Assembly (NCBI GenBank): GCA_002633005.1
Contig: NMRA01000582.1
Location: 162,610 to 226,609 of the forward strand
DNA length: 64,000 nt
Direction of reading: 5' to 3'
DNA from: Phoronis australis
Lineage: Eukaryota > Animalia > Phoronida
The position numbers and the translations under genes are program-made. A model generated the notes under the pieces. The model was not told the origin of the DNA. It saw nothing but the letters and a program-made list of their open reading frames with translations, and did no database searches. Positions 51,958-64,000 of this stretch are shown here, piece after piece. Within the stretch, counting starts at the first letter, position 1. Each line of letters begins with the position of its first letter.

Positions 51958-52335
51958 GTAGGTTGGTGATTGTTTGAGTGACAGCGTGCTTATTTTGCTT
52001 CGGAATCCCTTTTCTTTCTTGAACAAAGATCTAAATTTGTTAAATTGCTGTAGCCTAACCGCTGATATAATCGCAAACTATTTGAATATTAATGAAAATA
52101 CTCAAAAGACTATGTGACAAAAAGAATACCACGTCACTAACACAGCGCCAGAATTTCCCCTCAAAAACGGATGTCTCCAGGTACGCAGCCAATGGGGATG
52201 TTTTTAAGTAAGTTTATTTTCTCTGCTACACGCGAAATTTTATTATAAACTGCATTGCATTAAATGTGGTGACATGAACAATGAAACGCGGTTATCGGAA
52301 TTTTGGTTCCAACATATATTTTACTGTATAACCTG

Positions 52336-53324
52336 CCCTTACAAAAATGAATTTAAGTCCTCATCGAAAAATTAAAGTTTTTGGTATGAAAAACTTAAGT
52401 TTTCAACCACAAAAACTTACGTTTTGGGCAAAAACTTAAGTATTTTGGAACAAGTTTTTGGAACAAACTTAAGTTTTCATAACTTCAGTTTTCAAAAACT
52501 TAAGCTCTAAGAAATTACGTTTTTCAAAAACTTAAGTATTTTGGAGCAAGTTTTTAGGAACAAACTGAAGTTATCAAAACTTTAACTTTAAGTTTTCAGA
52601 ATTCAGGTTTTCAAGGAACTAACTTTGAAAACTAAAGTTTTCTAAGAGCAATAAGTTTCAGTAAGACAGGCATTCAGAAAATTCGATTTTCATTAAATTA
52701 AACAAGCGTGGAGTACAATAACAAGTTTAATAATCTTCATACATCATTTAACAAAAATAGACCTCTCTTAACATTTCATTAAGAGTGATTAATTGCAGAA
52801 AGTACGCTAGTTACTTATAATAAGACAGTGAGCTTGTGTGAAATACAAGAATCTCAAAAATCAGAAACATTTCAAAAATCAGTTCACCAAGTGTCATAAA
52901 GACAATGCTGTGAAAACTAAATGTGACAATATGTGAGAATTGAGGGATTGAACTGGAAAATACGAATTAAGAAGTTTTCAGAAAACTTAAGTTTTCGATA
53001 CATGAAAAATTTAAGTTTTCTGAAAAACTTCAGTTGCCAGGAAAACTTAAGTTTTTATTATTCGAAAAACTTAAGTTATCAAAAAATAAGTTTTGGTAGT
53101 ATGAAAAACTGAAGTTTTCACAAACACTTAAGTTATTACTTGAAACTTAACTTTATTTGTGAAAACTTAAGTTTTCTGAAAAATTTAAGGTCTCTGAAAC
53201 TCTTAAGAAGATGCTGAAAAACTTAAGTTTTTCTTCTAAAACTTAAGTTATTTTTCAAAAACACAAGTTTTTCCGCCAAAAACTTGAATTTTCAGCGAAA
53301 ATCTTAAATTCATTTTTGTAAGGG
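52336..53324. mobile_element. ~1-kb MITE with 22-bp TIRs and subterminal AAAACTTAAGTTTT palindrome arrays
   Basis: CCCTTACAAAAATGAATTTAAG (52336) vs CTTAAATTCATTTTTGTAAGGG (53303-53324). Confidence 0.9.
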
Positions 53325-54829
53325 TGGCAAGCACTGTTCACAGTTTCACTTGAGGCGTGCGTTGCGATTAGAGGCAGCTTTAAAACTAGTCCATTAGACG
53401 CAATGAAATACGACAATATTAACTCAGTTATGAATAGGGACGACGGGTGGTGTAAGTTATCTAAAATTTGGAGCAGTCTCACTACTGCGCCACCTAGTGT
53501 CCAGTAGCTTCCGAAGATGGCTGCTGAGAGTAGCCGCAACTGTCAAGTGGTTGTGAAAATAAAAAATAATCAATTTGTACTCTACCAACCTTGTGAAGTT
53601 TTTAGTGAATTTCGGCTGAGTTATTGTCTAACTTTGATGATCGCCGTGGCGACTTTGTGGCGACTTCGTGAGATTTTTTCAAGGTCAGAGAACAAAATCT
53701 GAAGTCGCGTTGGGGAGCTGAAGATCGTTGTTTTCCACAAAAATCCTGCACGGGTTTATATGATACAGCTGTGGTCGCCAAAAAAACCCCGCAAAAATTA
53801 CCATTAAGGGGCGCCACGGAAGTCAGAACCGTCCAAAATGGCCGTCCATCTTGTTGTTACCAGTTCTATTTATGACCCTTTGAGCAGACAATATAGAGAC
53901 TGACGTTAAAAAACGATTAAAAAATAATAGAAATGATTTCTAGGTTGAACAGAATAAGATTAATCCGTCGAAACAAAGAAAGGGGTTGACGACTCCTAAA
54001 TAGAAAACTGGCAAATTTTGTAACATTCGGTCAAGAAACTGTGGAAACATGAATAAAAGCAACCAAAACTGCCATTAGGGTGCACAACAGTAGTCAGATT
54101 CTCTCGAAAGTTGCCATACATTGTCACATTCACAGAAACATTTTCAAATTTCGCAAATATATGTATTAAAACCTGTTTGAAATAGGTTAATAGGCAACCA
54201 ATTAGTCGTGTTGTCATAATGGTTTGTATTTGTAGAAGGAAGAGACCTAATTGTTTTGGAAATAGATTCTATTGTAACCAGATCATTCCATGTTTGCCAT
54301 CGTGAACAATTGAGCTTAAACTCCTGCTGGCAAATTATATTAACAATTTTTGTTGCCGTCGATTTGCTGGACACATAGTTACACGGGTCGCATATATTGT
54401 TACTAGCCATTCATCATAAAAACAACTTACTTAGAGCAGTACAATTTCTTAACTGATACATCCGGAAGTCTGTTTCATGAAAAGTGACTTACAGCTGAAG
54501 TTGGGTCTTACACTTCCACTTCACAATTGCTGAATAAAGGCTTGGGCAAGTAATTACGATCACATCACAGTCCAGAAGTAATTTGTAGAAAGTATCTCAG
54601 TAAATATCAGTTATGTCCATATTCTCAGGCACTTCGTTCTTTTGCCCAAGTGAGATTTTATTATTTCTAGAAATAGTTATTTAGCGTAAGAGCAAATTTC
54701 ACTTTTCTGAAACGCATCCTTGGACTACGTTTAGTAGACATTCACGAAAAATCAAAGTTGTGAAACTGTATGACGTAATAAAGCCTTTTGTCTGCAAAGC
54801 ATCATCTGTACATTCTTTCGGTTACAAAG

Positions 54830-54920
54830 GTCAAGGGAAGCAATAAAGCCAGATGCCACGGCAAGCCAGGGCAAGGAATTAACGGACAACCAGCTGTTTG
54901 AAGATGGCCAGGGAGCTCAA
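54830..54920 (+). CDS. Candidate third exon (linker plus possible Death-domain helix 1, apparently frameshifted)
   Basis: AAAG acceptor, GTGAGT donor, phase fits previous exon; SREAIKPDATASQGKELTDNQL then either FEDGQGAQ or, with one T removed, LKMAREL. Confidence 0.45.
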
Positions 54921-54924
54921 GTGA

Positions 54925-55085
54925 GTTGTGTTGTACTTCAACTTGGAATCCTGCTTAATCTCAAGAGTAAGCGGAAGTGAATGTTGCGTGAACTTGGAAT
55001 TCCAAGATCAAGCAAGTGATCTTGAGATTAAGCAAACTGCCAAATCCCGTACGTGAACTTGGAATCTTGCGTGAACTTGTAATTA
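54925..55085. repeat. AACTTGGAAT/ATTCCAAG palindromic repeat cluster; inverted related copy at ~60190-60285
   Basis: TTGTACTTCAACTTGGAATC vs GATTCCAAGTTGAAGTACAA; GCTTAATCTCAAGA shared. Confidence 0.75.
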
Positions 55086-55199
55086 AGGGGCTGCCTGGCA
55101 CACAATCACAGAACAAGGCGTGTGTTGCTGCCTATTTCAATATAAAAGTAAAGCTGGATGTTTGAAATTAGTGCCTGGTTGACGTTTGATCAAGGGGTG

Positions 55200-55960
55200 A
55201 AATAAACATTCTCTGACTGGCTGCAATACATTTTAAATGTTTTTTTCCATTACCTTTAGAGCACTTCTGAGCGCATTCTCAGTTCTTTCTACCTAATTCC
55301 GAGTTTAAGCAAGCCACACTGGTTGCTTAAACTTGGAATAATTCAATTTTTTCTCTAAAAAATTCGCGATGTGAACCAAACCTTCTCTTAATGATTGAAA
55401 TACAATGTAAATGCATTTTCTATTACTTTCGAAACACCTATGAATGCATTCGCAGTTGTTTTCTACCCAATTCCAAGTTTAAGCAAGGGCGTGGCTCGCT
55501 TAAACTTGGAATAATTCAGTTTCTTCTATACAAAATATCGTGTGGTGTAGCAAATATTCTCTGACCGGTTACAGTATGTCATAAATGCATTTTCTATTAC
55601 GTTTGGAAACCTCTGAATGCATTCTCAATTGTTTTTACCCAATTCCAAGTTTAAGCAAGCCACTTCCTCGCTTAAACTTGGAATGATTGTTTATTAGCTT
55701 TACAAAGTCACTTGGTGAACCAAACATTTTCAGGCTGGTTAAAATATGTTGTAAGCACAACTTTTTTCTTACCTTGAGACTTTATTGAACATGTTAACAA
55801 TTATTTTCTTCCGAATTCCACGTTTAAGCAGGTCATTCTATTTTCGCTTTACAAACCCTATGTTGTGAAGAAAGCATACCCTGAAAGACGTTATGAACAC
55901 TTTTTTCTATCCCTGTAAATTATTGGCGATTAATCTTTACCCAATGCCAAGTTTAAAAGA
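55200..55960. repeat. ~173-bp tandem satellite (about 4 units) with a hairpin in each of the first three units
   Basis: AATTCC..GTTTAAGC starts at 55295, 55469, 55641 and 55814. Confidence 0.82.
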
Positions 55961-57224
55961 CGACTGTAGTAAAAATAATGTACCAGTAAACCGGTTCTAA
56001 CATACACATAAAACTCACATTTGCCCGAGTTGCGCTCCAACCAAAACTGACTCACATTTTATTGTAAAAACACTAATGCTGACAGCACTCTCTGATTGGC
56101 TGATATGTCAGTGGTTGATAGGGCACCGACTGCTTATCACATATTTCTGATCCATATTGGGGCATTGAGTGGATAGAGTTTACACTGCGTTTTATAATTG
56201 TATCACCGATTCTTATTATTTACTGTTTGCCAGTGTTGTAAAAAATTCTCCATGCCTTTTTGTATGGCACCTAGTTGTTCAAACTCTGCGAAAAAGCTGT
56301 CGTCCAAGAGGGCGGCCATAGGACACCATCCGTTGCCCTTGCCTAGGTACAAAGCTGTATGCTAAATTAATTCAGAACAAAATACTGTTTCCTTTAATAA
56401 GCAAACTGGAATCAGTGTCTTTTCATTTCACAAAAAGTGGTGAAGCAAGCTTTCTCTCGCAGATTACAATAAACTGTATACGCAATTCCTGTTCTTGAGA
56501 CAACTCTAACATATCGGCAATCGTCTTCTACATAATTTCAAATTTAACCAGTACTTAAAACAGTATGGGGTTTCATATTTTCAATTGTATAAAAAATTTA
56601 ATACCTTTAATGAGACACTTTCATAGACAAAAATGAAATCCTCGAGTTGGGCTCATTCTTTTTGGAAAGCTCAGGGGGTCACGGAAAACATGTTGTTCTC
56701 CATGTTAGTGCAGGTGGACCGTAGTCTCTCACTGGAGATGATGTATGTTACAACGGAAATGGTGGATAGTTTTTAAATATAATTAAAAATGAGTGTGACT
56801 TTGCTTTAACAATATCTGCATGGACAGGTCTAAGTTTTTATTTTTTCCAACATACCAACAAATTATAATACAACATAAAACATACTCTGTAAAGGTAAAA
56901 AGGCTGGCATACAGTATTTTTCAAACTAAACTACACAATGTCGTAACTTGACAAGGATAATAAAATATTTGCTTCTTTTCCAATAGAATCCAATCCAGTT
57001 CTAGCTAAATCTCAACAAAAACAACTTATTGCGCAAGACCAGTCACAAACAAAAAATTAAGGACTAGACACAATGTCGAAATTCAACTGTGACAAAAGTT
57101 CGACTACGTAAACTGACAAATTATTCTGGTAAGAAGTTTTTCCAAATTTGGCAATCTTGGAGACTTCTGTTGAAGTGTGTCAATTTGTTGGCATCAGGTG
57201 ATACATAGTTACATCTAAAATGCT

Positions 57225-57275
57225 CTCTGTCCCCACCAGGGTTTGAACCCAGGACTTTCTGCTAACCTGTTAGCC
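57225..57275 (-). repeat. tRNA-derived SINE-like relic
   Basis: Minus strand has B-box-like CCTGGGTTCAAACCCTGG; no full cloverleaf. Confidence 0.4.
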
Positions 57276-58780
57276 AACACATGATGTGATCAACATATGG
57301 CGTATGTGAAGACCAACAGTTTTACGACATCATTTACTGCGCAGTAAAAGAAAAGTGTTCAAGAATCAGGTTAAGGTTATGGGAGATCCTAGACAAATGT
57401 CTAAGCTTGGAAAAGCGGAAAACATATCTTGCAAATGGCTGATAGGATTTCAATAAAAACTTTCAGATTTTGTACTTTATGCACTGTTCCCCATCAGGCT
57501 TTTAGAGATTGTCTTTTGACTGATCTACTTTGGCATGGGAGGGCTAGCTAAAACAGGGACTTTCAGTAATTTCATGAAAAACTCAAACATTGATTAAAAC
57601 GAAAAGGGTTACTAAAAAATCAGAATCGGCATTTTTCAGATTCTATCTTGAACATTTATATAAAAAGAAAATTGGTCATGTTATCGACTCCACTGTATTG
57701 TTATGAATGTATTTCCTTTTTCCGGAATCTTATTAAAAATATGGTCAAGGGACCCAATTAATGGCAGATTGATATATAAAGTCAATATATACAGACTCTT
57801 TACTTCCATGAATTAAAGTAGTGTTTTAGAAAGTTAAATTCTAAAGTTTGTAGATATTTGTCAGTAAGGTGCCACATAACCTTATGTCCTAACATTAAAT
57901 TTTGGGTTATTCATGTTGTTTCATTACATGACAACTGATACTTCTGTACACTGATTATCTGGAACACAGTTTCATAATTCTGACCCTGCACCACCCTGGG
58001 AAATAACACTTTTCATTTACGCCACCAGGATGTCACGCAAATAGCAATGTGATCAATCAGATACCATAAAAATCATAAACCCTGACAACAAAGTAAGCAG
58101 ACAATGTCAATACATCAAACTTAGCATTAAAGAAGCATCAGTAGCCATTTAATAAAAGAAATATAGACTGATCTATCAGGCAGATTAGGTTACATAGACT
58201 TGAGAGGGACATATGCTGCATTTAAGGTGATTCATTGGCAAGCAACTTCAAATGCTGTAACACCAATGAAATGGGGTCCTCCAACTTTGGCTAATCTGTT
58301 GACCTACAGACAGGGCACAGTAGCACGAATGGTTATCACCAATTATGTGTAAACGATAAAGATGTTCACTAACATGTGCTGTCAATGAGACAAGTTGTGT
58401 GTCCCTGATTTAGTAGCTTGAACGTGCTGCGTCAGTTGAGGGGGACTCTTCCTCTTATCGTGACTTTATGGAAGACAGGAAGCTGCTTGGAACCTGTTTA
58501 AAATAAATAGAATAGTCTTCAATCAAAAATACGCATTACAGTCAAAATAGTTTTCATGTTGATGTGCATAATACCTGTGACAAATACATATACAACGAGT
58601 TTTGAAAAGTGAACAAGTATCCAGCTTTATTGTCAGTAGTTGAATGTTGAATCTATAAGAAAATCAAGTAAATGGAAAACCTATTATTCTCTGTTTCCAC
58701 ATTTTGACAATGAAAAAAAATTATTTGTTAGCAGATTCAAACAAGATCACTCATCGCAATCAAGTATTTTATGTACTATA

Positions 58781-59089
58781 CAGTGGCGGATCTAGGATAC
58801 CATAAGGGGGGCGGCCCAACATGTTGCCTCAGGTAATTGGGCACATCGCGATTGTATATGCAGGGGGCCCGAAAGTTGTTGGAGCTGAGGATGAGAACCT
58901 TCTGTTCAGAAACTTTATCGGTGGACTAAAAAAAAACGGGAACACGATTCCAGCGCAATGTGGGATCTGAGCCCCCCATCCGCTACCGGTCATAGTTAGT
59001 GAACAGCTCTTTTTCTTCGCGCTTCACGCTGTTTCTGTTTCATTTTGCTGGCGGCAGCCAAGGGGGAATAGGGCGGGCCTCCGCCTATG
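58781..59089. mobile_element. MITE with CAGTGGCGGAT...CCGCCTATG ends (different interior from the 150-bp family)
   Basis: Terminal motifs only. Confidence 0.55.
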
Positions 59090-62000
59090 CTATAGACAAC
59101 TAAATACAACCTATAAATGAAAGCGTTGATGGTACAAACACGTTCCTAATAGAAGACAACCTTCAAGGACAATGACAACTGCATAAAAAGTTGAAAATCA
59201 CCTATCTTGCATAACGGAAAACCAATATTAACACAACTTAGATATGTCATTACCTAAGTATGCTCCTCACTCACATGGGAACATTTGTATCAAACATTAC
59301 TGTATGCCACTATGTTTCAGTCCAGTTGTTCAATGTTATCAAGTGTATTTAGAGATGTTGACAAACCTGCAAAAGACGCAGTCTAACACGGTTGCTTTTC
59401 AAACAGCGAATGCTGGGCGGTGGTTTGTAAGCTATTGTGCCAAAGCAAGTGGTATGGACAGTATTGTTTATTTGGCGAATTATTATGTGGGTCTGTACTG
59501 AGCAGAGAAAGGCAAAAATATCGTAGGCCAGAAAAGTCTAATCATCTCTATGAGAACATTCAAAACCTGTCAACAGAACTTCAGAGAGTTGTGTTATGTA
59601 ACTTTTGTTATATTGTCATCAATATTTAGACCTGATGACATCACACAGCATACCAATGAAAAACTAATATTCATTAAATTGCACGTTTGAAATGAGTATT
59701 TCCACTTTATTTGCCAAAAATAACACTTTTACTCAACAAGCGTTATGTGAACTTCTTCCTTAATCAGATACAAAAGATTTACAGATCTCTGCTTAGGCCA
59801 TGCTGCATGGCAGCGATTGGTGATGTCATACGAGAAAATTGCGAGCTGCAAGCACTGGCGTATACACGGGGGGGTGAGGTGGCAGGTACAACGGTGCATG
59901 ACAAACTGTTCAATCCAAAACACCTCTCGTTACGGTACATTCATTGTATCTAGCTAATAATAATAATATTAATCCTTTTCATTACAAAGGTTCCAGGTTG
60001 CTAGTCATTTCAGACCCTCGGTCACAAACCCAACCATCCCAGTCAAACCACCTTTGAAAACAATTACCAAGACCAGAATAACATACAGAATGGGCAATAA
60101 AAATAACTAAAACAGAAACAATAACCCACGACAAACGAATTCATGTCCATCATTCGAAATTTTAGTTAACAGTTGCACACTAGATGTCGCGAGTGCTTGC
60201 TTAATCTCAAGATCACTTGCGTGAACTTGGAATAGAAATTTATTCCAAGTTCACTCATGATTCCAAGTTGAAGTACAACAAGTTGCAAACACAAATTAGG
60301 TCATGGACGGCAGACTAGTCGAAGCTTATCGACAGATCAAAGACGTCAACAAGACCAATCTCATTGGCCGCCGCCATTATTGTGTCATCGACCGTGACGA
60401 CACCTAGCGGGTGTGTGTGTGCGCCGACAAAGTACGCGATGCGTCGACTACCATGACCGATTTTAGTTTGACAAATTCAAAATTGTGAAGTGTCTCTGTT
60501 AAAATATTGAGAACAAAACATATGAGCCGTGTTTTGTAAAAAGACACATGGGCAAAATATAGAGTAAAATAATAAAGAACAAAATTGGATGCAAATGTAA
60601 TATAAATACCTGCAATAAGTGCCTCAATAATCAGAGGTGAGAAGGTGAACGTAGGTGATTGGAGAGCGGGCAGGTACAGAACCTGTAGGATTTCTCCAAG
60701 GGGGTTAGGGAAGTAATATACATAAGACAGCTCTGCTGAAGAAGAGGTAGGAGCAATAACGGGCGTATGGGCGGGCACCTTTTGGTTGGTGGAGATAGTT
60801 TTCTGCACCCCAGTATTCCAGGTGTTAATATCAATTAATTAACAACTAATTATTAAAACTTTCAACTAACAAACTTTGTTTCAAAATAAAATTGGGCCCA
60901 ATACGCCTTTAAAAGAACACTTCTTTTAACGCTTCCACTGCAAAATTATCAAGTAGGTTACCAAACCCTAAACATAATATTTATTATGCACTGGAGTACA
61001 TACCATGATAGAAAATAAATGTACACCTCGAACTGCAGTCAAAATTACACAGAAAGCGACGCATCTCCGCCCTGTATATCTATGTCATGTTTCACCAAAC
61101 AATATAAAGCCATTCTGACAATAATTTTGGACAAGCACTATTTTGTTGAAAGAGGGATAGCACAGCATTTAAAATCGTCCAAAATGAAGTGGTGCTGGCG
61201 TATCCCAGTCATAAATTTAAATACTATGAGGTTTCACCAGAGTCTGTCAAGTGGCTTTGAAAAGTAATCGACAGACAAGGAAGATATGGTGGATGCAGGA
61301 AAATGCTGCATTAGTGTCCAAATTATAATCACATAAGTGAGCTTAAACTGCGTATATTAAATAACCAGTGAAAGTCAAAGATTTGTAAGCAGGAGCAACA
61401 CAATGCACCCACTACTGTAGCTTAAATATGTTTTTACTATCATATAATATAGATTATTAACCAACGACAGCCAGGATGTTGACAGTATGGGACCAAAACA
61501 AATAATTTAAATAAAAACTATCGAATAAATAAAAAACAATAAATAAATAAAATTAAATAAGTAATAAAAAGTAAATAATTATAAATACATAATAAAATAT
61601 AGATAAATAAATGTACGATAATATTACAATAATAAAATTATTAAATAAATAGTATTAATAAGTATAATTATCTTTTGGATCTGAATGTACTAAGACTGCA
61701 GAGAGAAATAAATGAAAGTAACATCAATGGGATAAATTAAACCAATCTGTAATTCCCAAAATCATGCAAACCACGTACGATCAAATGCAGGGAAAAGTAA
61801 AGACATTAAGTTCAAATCACCCAGTATATCACTGGTTGACTGGCAACAATATCACGCAAAAACAACATTTGTTTCAATCGTGAGCATCATCTATCCAAAT
61901 CAGTAGGGAAGCCAGAAAAACAAAAGTCGGGAATTTTTATTTAACTGCAGCCTTAGGCTGTACAAAAAGCGACGTTGTGTTTTGCGGATCGGGGCTGTCA

Positions 62001-62821
62001 TATCTTGCCATATTTGTTTATTGTACACACGCCCGCTAGATGTCTCTACGGTCCATGAAACAACAATATCCGCCAGTGGCCGTCCAATGGGATTTCCCTA
62101 GGAGATTTGTCTCCCTCTCTACGGTCGAAACCATGTGTGTGAGATTTTTTTGACCGAGTGTTGTTTTGATTTTTGATGTCACGAAAGATTATATTTTATA
62201 AAGTTAAAAGCCCCTATACTTCAATTTTCAGATTTAACTTTCAAATTTGGCTAACTCTGCAAACAATGTCCACAAGGGGTCGTACTGCAAGTAGCATTTC
62301 CAGAGTCTATAATTTTTGTTCATTAATTAGTGTTGCGTTCAAGGCATTTAATGGTGTTTGAAACAGTTTTACAAGTTCACTAGTTTCCGATCTTTTTTGA
62401 GGTTGAGTAATGTGATAATACTCTCTGTTTGGAGTGCATCTTCACGTAGTGACATGTTTTTTAAGCTCCGGCTAATAGTTATAGTTTTTCGATACAGAGT
62501 TTTTCGGTGGGATACTAGATATACGGATTCAGTCTTTATGGGTCCGGTCTCTGTCACGTGTCTATCAATTGATAATGATCGTGAAATTTAAAATTGACTG
62601 GCAAGTGGTCAAAATGCTTACTGACAACATGAATATCCTCAAGAACACGTAATGACATGAGCTATAACGACAACATCCAATAGCACCATCTAAATTTCAG
62701 ACGGCCCTATTGAAAATCTAATATAGCTGACATGTCAATAAACTCATACGCACCGCTTGTGTCCTTATTCAGCCATGGGTAGTGATACAGAAATCCCAAT
62801 TAGCTGGCTATACATGTACAG

Positions 62822-63412
62822 GTTTGGTCATTACCTCTTCAGACATACCGCAACCGGCGGTTTTGACAATGAAACTCTAGGAGGCTATAGCCTTATAGCT
62901 GAGCTTACGAGCATGCCAAACCTTTTTCAAATTGATCTAAAGGCTTTCTTTCTCAAGTTTTCGGAATGTCAAAAAAATGGTATCAGTCAACTCGGTCCCT
63001 TAGCTCATGACTCACTTGATAAACTGAGCAAATATCTCAAGCGTATTGATACGTTTTTCAGGACACCACAAAACAGCTTACGAAAGAACAGAAGGCTGTG
63101 GATGTTCACGGATCTCACAAACACCCGTCTGACACCACACAAGAAAAACATAGACCTCATAAACACACTGTAGACACAATGGAACAGCCTTCAGAGCAAT
63201 CGACCGTTGAGGACATTCCTACATCTCGCAAACACGACTCTGACACCGAAGAGCAACGTAGGGAAGAGCAAAACATGGGCGTTTATAAACCTGAAGAAAA
63301 CACCTTAAACTTAATTGAACAGCATACGGAAGAACATGTCGCTGTCGACGTCCATGGATCTCGGAAGCACACATCCCCAGAGCAGCATATGGATGAAGAA
63401 GTCGGGGTATAG
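62822..63412 (+). other. Unidentified coding-like segment, frameshifted, with an internal peptide repeat
   Basis: Possible acceptor TACAG at 62821; overlapping ORFs; EEQKAVDVHGSHKH and EEHVAVDVHGSRKH repeat. Confidence 0.3.
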
Positions 63413-64000
63413 TTGGGTCAGATATGACACTTCCGTGAACGTAGAGAGCTAAGCTTTGTTTCTAAGTGAATTTCACATTATTGATGAATTTTAATGAAAT
63501 AAGCTTCCATGACTACCCTGAAAGTTTGAATATTTTTCAAAGGTGTGGTAGTCTTAGTCTATACCATCCACTTTGAGACCAGGAAATTTAGTGTCCATAA
63601 GTACAACAAATATTAACTAGAAAGATTATTGTCACGGCGTGACAACAATGGACTCTGCGCGTGCGTATTGCTGGAATTGTTTTGGGAAGTTACTGACAGC
63701 AACCCGTTTACCAATATGAAAAGGAATTCTTAAAAAATGTAAGAGAATTTACATGTTAATATTTTGATGACCTTTCCACTAATTGACCTCTTCCGGTGCA
63801 TTATGAACCCCGAAGAGGGAATTGTAAACTCGATTTAAAGTGTGGTTAATGATAAGAATCACAGATGTTTTACTTTAAGCACTTCAGAATACAAGATGAA
63901 TGAATTGGTCAAACTTTCAGAAGAAAAATGCACCCAATGACCCCATGGATAAACCAAATGACCTGAAAATTTAGAATTCAAACTCAATCGCACTTAGTAA

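Overview
This is eukaryotic, intron-containing, AT-rich genomic DNA, most consistent with an invertebrate metazoan draft assembly (five single-N joins at 20043, 29392, 32123, 40983, 50080). It is not prokaryotic: I found no operons, rRNA genes or CRISPR array. Most of the window is nested, decayed mobile DNA: CR1/L2-group LINEs, L1/Tx1 LINEs, a HERO-like restriction-endonuclease LINE, three Gypsy LTR elements, many MITEs and mini/satellites. Two spliced host genes can be rebuilt by hand from GT-AG exons with matching phases. (1) A plus-strand tandem-FYVE gene (~13.8-24.4 kb, probable further exon at 36.4 kb) resembling fungal Pep7/Vac1 more than single-FYVE Rabenosyn-5, with an in-frame TAG in one exon. 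(2) A plus-strand gene (50.3-54.9 kb) whose exons suggest a TRADD-N-like domain followed by a frameshifted Death-domain start. Other leads are a permuted hammerhead-like motif in the HERO 3' UTR, an RNase H fragment inside a Gypsy integrase, and a ~173-bp hairpin-bearing satellite. All family assignments are from motif recognition by eye; no database search was run.
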